Assembly: GCA_964016885.1 (NCBI GenBank)
Contig: OZ024740.1
Coordinates: forward strand, 172,484,001 to 172,548,000
Direction: 5' to 3'
From: Eledone cirrhosa
Taxonomy: Eukaryota
Length of the DNA stretch: 64,000 nt
The notes under the pieces are model-generated. The model did no database searches. It worked only from the letters and a program-made list of their open reading frames with translations, and was not told the DNA's origin. The position numbers were made by a program, and so were the translations under genes. Positions 56,469 to 64,000 of the stretch are shown here, piece after piece (the first letter of the stretch is position 1; each line of letters opens with the position of its first letter).

Positions 56469-56648
56469 TTGGATTGGCAGGGTCGGACGCTATGCTTTGA
56501 CGCATAGAGTTACGGCCCTTTCCATTCTGAGTTCAAATCCCGTCGAGGTTAACTTTGCCTTTCATCCTTACGGGGTCGATAAAATGAAGTACCAGTAATG
56601 CACTGGGTAATTACTGGCCTTGTGCCAAAAGTAGAAACAATTATTATT
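56469..56648 (+). mobile_element. Major SINE
   Basis: Consensus match. Confidence 0.85.
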
Positions 56649-56651
56649 AGT

Positions 56652-57030
56652 TTCACAGACGCAGACCATCTTCCCGTTCCACAGTGGTAAATAAACCTTT
56701 CATCTGGGATGCCACATACAGCGACACATTCTTCAGCGGCAATCTAACGCAGTCTGTGACTAACACAGGCACTGTTGCACTTTGGGCCGAGGAGAGTAAA
56801 CCGTCCAAATACCGGTAGGTCTCCGACAGGTTTGCGGACGAGCCCGTAGCAGTGGAGACTTCTGGTGTCCTTGGCTCTAGGACCACCATCGGTACAGAGT
56901 TGGCTACCCTCAGGCGTGAGCCTCGCCTACTGGAAAGGCTCTTCCAGCGCATCTCCTTCACCATCTTCCGGGGAAACGCCTTCTCTATTCTGCCCGCTGG
57001 GACCGCGTCGCGGCCAGCGTGTGGGCCCCC
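56652..57030 (+). pseudogene. CRE-clade non-LTR retrotransposon 3' fragment (REL domain)
   Basis: TIFPFHSGK*TFIWDATYSDT..AEESKPSKY..PVAVETSG..LFQRISFTIFRGNA matches the CRE-like WDAT..DT / ET.G / QR.S..I.RGNA signature. Confidence 0.7.
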
Positions 57031-57298
57031 AACTGCTTATAACAGTGAGAATATGGGGAGGATGGGAAATTGGTTCCATTGTGTATGAAGCTGGTGTATA
57101 TGTATATATTTATTTACTACACCATATTAATAGTTTGTTAACTTATGTACCAAACCCCAACAAGTGACTATAAAAGTATCTGATAGTTCAGACAATTTAG
57201 CCGGACAATCAGGTGTTTTTTGCGTCCCTGAAACTTTTAGTAGCACAAATTTAAGTCAAAATGTCGATACAGATTTTTAACTACCCTGATATACAGGT

Positions 57299-57486
57299 AG
57301 ATTGGCAGAATCGGTAGAGGGTCGGGCGCCATGCTTTGCAGCATAGAGTTATGGCCCTTTACGTTCTTAGTTCAAATCCTGCCGAAGTTAACTTTGACTT
57401 TCATCTTTACGGGGTCGATAAAATAAACCACCTGTAATGCACTGGAGGTAATTGCCGGCCTTGTGCCAAAAGTAGAAACAATTATT
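57299..57486 (+). mobile_element. Major SINE
   Basis: Consensus match. Confidence 0.8.
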
Positions 57487-58247
57487 TGTTTTTAATTCGT
57501 CTATACTCCTATAATATATATGCGTGTATATATATATATATATATATATCTTTCACACACACACACACACACACATGGTAGTATCAACAACTTCGAAATT
57601 CCAATTTACGTAATATGTGTAATATTAGTGCTTCTGCTGGTAGCAAATTCATTATCTAATGATGGTATGTTCAAAGCAATGAATAGATTTTACGGGTTTT
57701 ATGATGCTCCTACCCACGTCCTTCTCTGAAATAGGCAGCCTTATTGTACTTCTTTATTGATTTGGCTGTGTTTAGAGCGTTGGATATTTGTTCCGGGTCT
57801 CTGGGTTCTGAGTTCACGTCCCACCGGGGTACACTTTGCCGTTCATCCTTTCCGATTCAATAAAGAAAGCGCCAGCCTAGTGTTGGTACAACCCTCTCCC
57901 CTTCCAGCTTTCATATCCCGGATCTTCCGCTGGATCGCGACTACATAGGCACATCAAACCCTTAGTGAAAGCATGGTATATACTACCAAGTCATACTCGA
58001 TGGTGAGTGGTGGCTGTAGTAGGTCATCTGACGTTATATTTCAAGAGAACCTGATAAGCTATTAAAATTTATAGCAATGTCTGCTTCACATTTGTTGTAC
58101 TAGTTTGATAGCGAGAAAGTTTTGTTGACAACTTAACATTTTCTATAAACCAGCCTCATGTAGGTTTTTCGGTGGCCCGGTGGTAAGGTACGTAAAGGCG
58201 GAATACATCTAGGTCGGGGTTCAATCTTGGTCTGGATTTACACTATG

Positions 58248-58480
58248 AAGGTGTATGACTTAGTGGTTAGGATGTTATGCTCATGATCGTAAGGTCATGA
58301 GTTCGATTCATTGACCGAGTGGCGCGTTGTGTCCTTGAGCAAGAATCTTTATTTCATAGTGGTCCAGTTCACATTGTATCACGCTGAATCTCCCTGAGAA
58401 CTGCATTAAGTGTGAATGTGTCTGTGGAATACATGTTAATTTCATGAGAAGGCAGTTCCCTTGATTGAATCAACGGAGGT
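58248..58480 (+). mobile_element. tRNA-derived SINE, family shared with ~54870-55170
   Basis: TAGTGGTTAGG A box, GAGTTCGATTC B box, TCACGCTGAATCTCCCT shared between the two loci. Confidence 0.6.
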
Positions 58481-59137
58481 CCAACACACACTCAGTGAGG
58501 CCATCATTAAGATCATCTGATGAAGCTACGTTTCAGATAGCTCACAGTTACCGCAAAGCATCCCGTCCAATGCTCTAAAAAAATCCGCTAGTCCACAGCG
58601 TTGGATTGGTATTTTATTTATCGATCTCGAAAAGATGAAAGAACAAAGTTGACCTCGACGGGATTTTAACTCGGTGTAGAGAGCCGGGAAAATACCCCAA
58701 GGCGACACACTAGCGAATCTGCAAAACATAGATTAAATGTATTTTATTTATTTAACAGAACTCTATATTTGCAAGGTTATTGCGTAAACATTTTAACACA
58801 GGAATCGGAGTAGAATATCCATCTATGCATATTTACCGAAAGTCTTTGTACTCAGTGAGACCTTTAAAAAAGGCTATATTTATTCTAAGTGTACTGTCAG
58901 CAATGACATAGTAGGAGTGACAATGTTGAGATAAGGGACTTTTTAGACAGACGTAAAATAGATTAACAATCCCATCATCACAGGCGGATATTTGTCAATA
59001 ATCAGCATTGTGCTGCCTTTCACGTTCTCTGTGAAATATATGCTGTCTTTTTTAAAGTCACAGAGTGGAATGACTTCGTATGTGGGGGCTTCATATAGAT
59101 TTACAAACTAAGGGGAAAATTAGAAATACACATACAC

Positions 59138-59495
<358 letters not shown>

Positions 59496-59760
59496 CGGAA
59501 ATAGGAGGATGGAGTAGGGAGTGTGGGGGGTGGGGGGTTGTATATTGGGTCAAGAGGTGCCTGCTGACTGTAGGTTTAAGTTTGTATGCAAGGGAAGGCG
59601 GGTCTTCTGTATAACTGCATAGCGCCAAAGATCTCGATCCAGTGACATTGTCTTAGAGGTGTGTGTGTGTATCAGTTATGAATTGATCGATATCGAAACA
59701 ACTGCAATAAGCTAATAAAGTTTGTACATATGCTGCAACACTGACATCGATTCTACTTAA

Positions 59761-60006
<246 letters not shown>

Positions 60007-60269
60007 CATTTTAGTCTAAGAAACTTGCTAAGTGAATATGTTTCGCCTAGGAGATCTAATCAGATCGAAACATGCCTGTTGCTTTCACCAAGATGGCTTA
60101 AAACAAGGTTCACTCCCAAATTGAAACAAGTTTAAAGGCAGCTGAGTGAAAGCAGTGGACATGTTTCAATCTTATAAGATCTCCACAGCGAAACATATTT
60201 ACTTAAAAAGTTGGTTAAACTAGAACGGCATATATATATGGAAAAATGATTAAGTGTCTCTCTCCTACT

Positions 60270-60560
60270 AAGTACAAGATTGGAGGCATTGAAACTTTTC
60301 TTACGAAATCACAAGTACACTGGACTGGTTATATAATCAGAATGAGTGTCAAAAGAATACCAAAATGCTTCATGTACAGCCAGCTTGATGGTGGATATAG
60401 AAATGTTGGACCACCATGGCTCGGGTACAAAACAAGCTGAAGAGTAATCTTTCAGTAACCAATATGCCTTAGGAGACATTTGAACATGCGGCCTTGCAGT
60501 GGAAGAGATTGAGATCTAGATGTGATTATGGGATCAGAAACTCCAACTTCGGTTGTATCC
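60270..60560 (+). pseudogene. RTE-clade LINE C-terminal remnant
   Basis: IETFLTKSQVHWTGYIIRMSVKRIPKCFMYSQL..G.R..GPP resembles the RTE LRW.GH..RM...R.PK....GEL..G.R..GRP motif. Confidence 0.7.
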
Positions 60561-60768
60561 ATAGTCTCATGAAGCAAGAGGGGGGAGAAAAGTATTATCA
60601 AACATGCTAGCAACATTATCCAGTAAACTTCAACCTTGCACGATTTATGGATTTGCTTTCAAATACTTGAGAGGTCTAAAATGTCATGGCTGATATAAAT
60701 ATCCAAACTGAATGAGAGGAATTGGTTGTTCGGATGCTCATACGTCAAAATCAACGGAGGGACCTTCA

Positions 60769-60917
<149 letters not shown>

Positions 60918-60959
60918 TATGTATATATAGATATATATTATATTTATATATATATATAT

Positions 60960-61081
<122 letters not shown>

Positions 61082-61148
61082 TATATATATATATATATAT
61101 ATAATATTTATATATATATAGATATATATTATATTTATATATATATAT

Positions 61149-61179
<31 letters not shown>

Positions 61180-61189
61180 ATATATATAT

Positions 61190-61255
<66 letters not shown>

Positions 61256-61952
61256 CTCAGTTAAATTTAAAAAAAAGGCGCGTAACATTACAGTCGTAAT
61301 AAATAGCAAAGTTTCACACTGAAAAAAAGACACACAAAAAAAACCCCAAATACATAGGGCGAATCAACAAAGGTATCCAACTTTCTCATCAACCATTTCT
61401 CGTGCAATGCAATTTTGTGCATAAGAGAGGTTTTGCTGAGCCCTGGTTGTACGGCGGTTTAGCCTAAGTTACCGGAAAGAGACAACGCAACAACATAGAG
61501 ACAGAGGAGAACAAATAATAAATCTTACGACTGGAAACAGGACAAAATACGGTGCAAATATATTTTCTAAATGGTATTGCCGGTAATGTGATGTTCGTCA
61601 AAACGGAGAAGAGTGTGTGTGTGTGTGAGTGAGAGAGAGAGAGAGAGAGAAGGAGAGAGAGAGTGTGTGTGTTTGTGTGTGAGGGAGAGAGAGAGAGAGT
61701 GTGTGTGTATGTTGTTGCACTGGTAAATAAACAGTTAGTTAAATTAAAGAAGGAGCGCGTAGCATTACAGTAGTACTAGATAGCAGAGTTGCCCACTAGA
61801 AAAGGAAAAACAAGAACAAAAAAATCAATAAATAAACAAGGTGAAATATATGGGACGACTAAACAAAATCATCTAGAAAGATACTTTTGTGTATTCGTCT
61901 TATGTAATTCATGTTCAACATTGCTATTTATTACTGCTGTACGTCAATATAA

Positions 61953-62131
61953 TTGTTTCTACTTTTGGCACAAGGCCAGCAATTACCCAGTGCATTACTG
62001 GTACTTTATTTTATCGACCCGTAAGGATGAAAGGCGAAGTCAACCTCGGCGGGATTTGAACTCAGATCGTAAAGGGACGTAACTATGCTGGAAAGCATGG
62101 CGTCCGACCCTCTACCGATACTGCCAATCCA
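61953..62131 (-). mobile_element. Major SINE
   Basis: Consensus match; flanking GTCAATATAAT duplication. Confidence 0.85.
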
Positions 62132-62655
62132 AGTCAATATAATAAATGAAAATAATAGTTGAATTAATCGGCAAACAAAAAATGCGGGGTTCTATTTCCC
62201 GCAAGCGTCTTTTCTACTTTTTTCCGTCTCCATGTGTACTTTACTCGATTTATCAAATTATTATTTATATTTAGCAACTATCATTATAGTCATCTGCATT
62301 GTGGCGACTATATTTCCAAGTCACCGTGAAGTATGAATGCTTGGATTCATGTGACTCTAATTTCGTTGGTGGCTGCAACATTCAGTAAGTAATCAAATGA
62401 CCTTCTTTCTAAGCCAACACAGGCCACGTGCATTTATACAAGACATTAACAGTGTCGACATGTTAAATAGATATAAACCTAAACCTCACCGCTTATCTTG
62501 TTCCACGAAAACAGGTAATCCGTTGTTATTTTCGTTCCACTGAAAGGCCACGCCATAATTCTTTTGTCCACCTTATTGTGAGATTCCATGTAATATGGGA
62601 ATCTTACTTTTTCGGTAGGCGTTTGAACAGGTTATAAAAATGTTTTTATTAGGTA

Positions 62656-63252
62656 CTAGCAGTGGTACCCGGGGGTTACACGGGATAAGATATTGTAAAA
62701 TATATAACCGCCTTAGCTAAGCTTAGTATTGCCACAACCACGGCTGGCAAAGAAGTAAGGGTCTGGTGGTACGTAAGTAAGCAACACTGTGGCTTAAAAC
62801 ATGAGGAAGAAGTTGTGTGCTCTTACCAACTGTTTGGGGAATGAGTGTGAGATTTGTCGTGAGCAAGGGTGGCAAAATAACCGGAGGCAGCAGACAGCCA
62901 GACATACAAACAAATATTATAAGGGCGCGTTCTAGACGCAGAGCGAATTGTAGGAAGTGACGTAATGCAGACAGCCAGACATACAGACAGATATTATAAG
63001 GGCGCGACGTTATATCTATGTATCTATCTAAAAAGAGAAAGACTAAGAATTATAGAGAAAGATCGCTAAATCGCCTAATGCGGTCCCTAGGGCATTGCAA
63101 ATTTGAATTTTTTTTTGCTCAGAATACTCTCTGCAACATAAGTATTACATGTGTAAAGTTTGAAAACAGTCGGTTGGGTGCTTCTCTAGCTTTAGGGATT
63201 CAAACTCACACACACACACACAGACATACATACTCAGTTTTATATATATAGA
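62656..63252 (-). mobile_element. Non-autonomous Helitron-like element
   Basis: Minus-strand 5' TCTATATATATAAAA; 3' CCCG..CGGG hairpin then CTAG|T. Confidence 0.55.
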
Positions 63253-63757
63253 CTAGCAGAAAACCACCCGGTCGGCGGTTTTCTGCTAGCAAATCAAGTG
63301 TATATACTCATATTGTTGAGATTTGGATGAGAAATGTTTTCGGCACCACATGTTCACCGTCTCTCGGTGTGGCTTTTATGCATGTATAAATATATATGTT
63401 ATCTATACGGTGAAATCTTTAAAATAAATATATGTTAAAACGAAAAAGGAGAAAAAGAGATTAGTGACGGAAATATAAACGTTATGATACATAAACGTTA
63501 TGATATAACGATGGAAATATATCTTCAAATGGTCCTTGACATGGTGTCAAGTCAGAACCGCCTCGAACTGGTTACTTCTGGCTTGTGCAAGGTGTCTCTA
63601 TAGCAACCAGCGATTCCCTCGGCCTCAGTGACCAAAGTCAGTGGAGAGGGTAAGGTAATGTTTCTATAGCGACAGTGTTTCTCTTGGTAGTACCAAAGTG
63701 GAGAAAGGAAGGGGAAGGTAATATTTCTGTAGCACCTACATTTGAGTTTTAGGGAAG

Positions 63758-63789
<32 letters not shown>

Positions 63790-63830
63790 TAGAAATGCCC
63801 ATATATTTCTGTGTGTGTGTATATATATAT
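63253..63830 (-). mobile_element. Second Helitron-like element abutting the first
   Basis: CTAG directly at the junction with a GC-rich hairpin; (GACA)n near the putative 5' end. Confidence 0.4.
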
Positions 63831-63871
63831 ATATATTACACACACAGAAATGTATATATATTTCTGTGTTT

Positions 63872-64000
<129 letters not shown>

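Noticed and set aside
58512-58550. CTGATGA-AGCTA..TAGCT as a hammerhead
   Set aside because: No GAAA core follows the stem.

Overview
Eukaryotic, AT-rich, microsatellite-saturated DNA with no recognisable host gene. The SINE families and (TA)n/(CA)n/(GA)n/(AAT)n load suggest an octopus or other cephalopod (inference). Large elements: a near-intact R4/Dong-like RT+REL retrotransposon (1.4-5.0 kb), a head-to-head pair of Penelope-like elements (PLE; RT + C-terminal GIY-YIG, 6.5-13.8 kb), a decayed full-length Tx1/L1 element (34.6-40.6 kb). Smaller elements: a second PLE remnant, Helitrons, RTE and CRE fragments, hAT-type MITEs and about 20 copies of a tRNA-derived SINE. The main unexplained signal is at least eight well-formed type I hammerhead ribozyme motifs, folded by eye, in three families. 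Family A is in PLE termini. Families B and E sit in short non-coding elements embedded in (TA)n and often arranged as foldbacks. Families A and B show stem-preserving differences between copies. Most predicted short ORFs are microsatellite artefacts. All calls are from reading the sequence; no searches were run.
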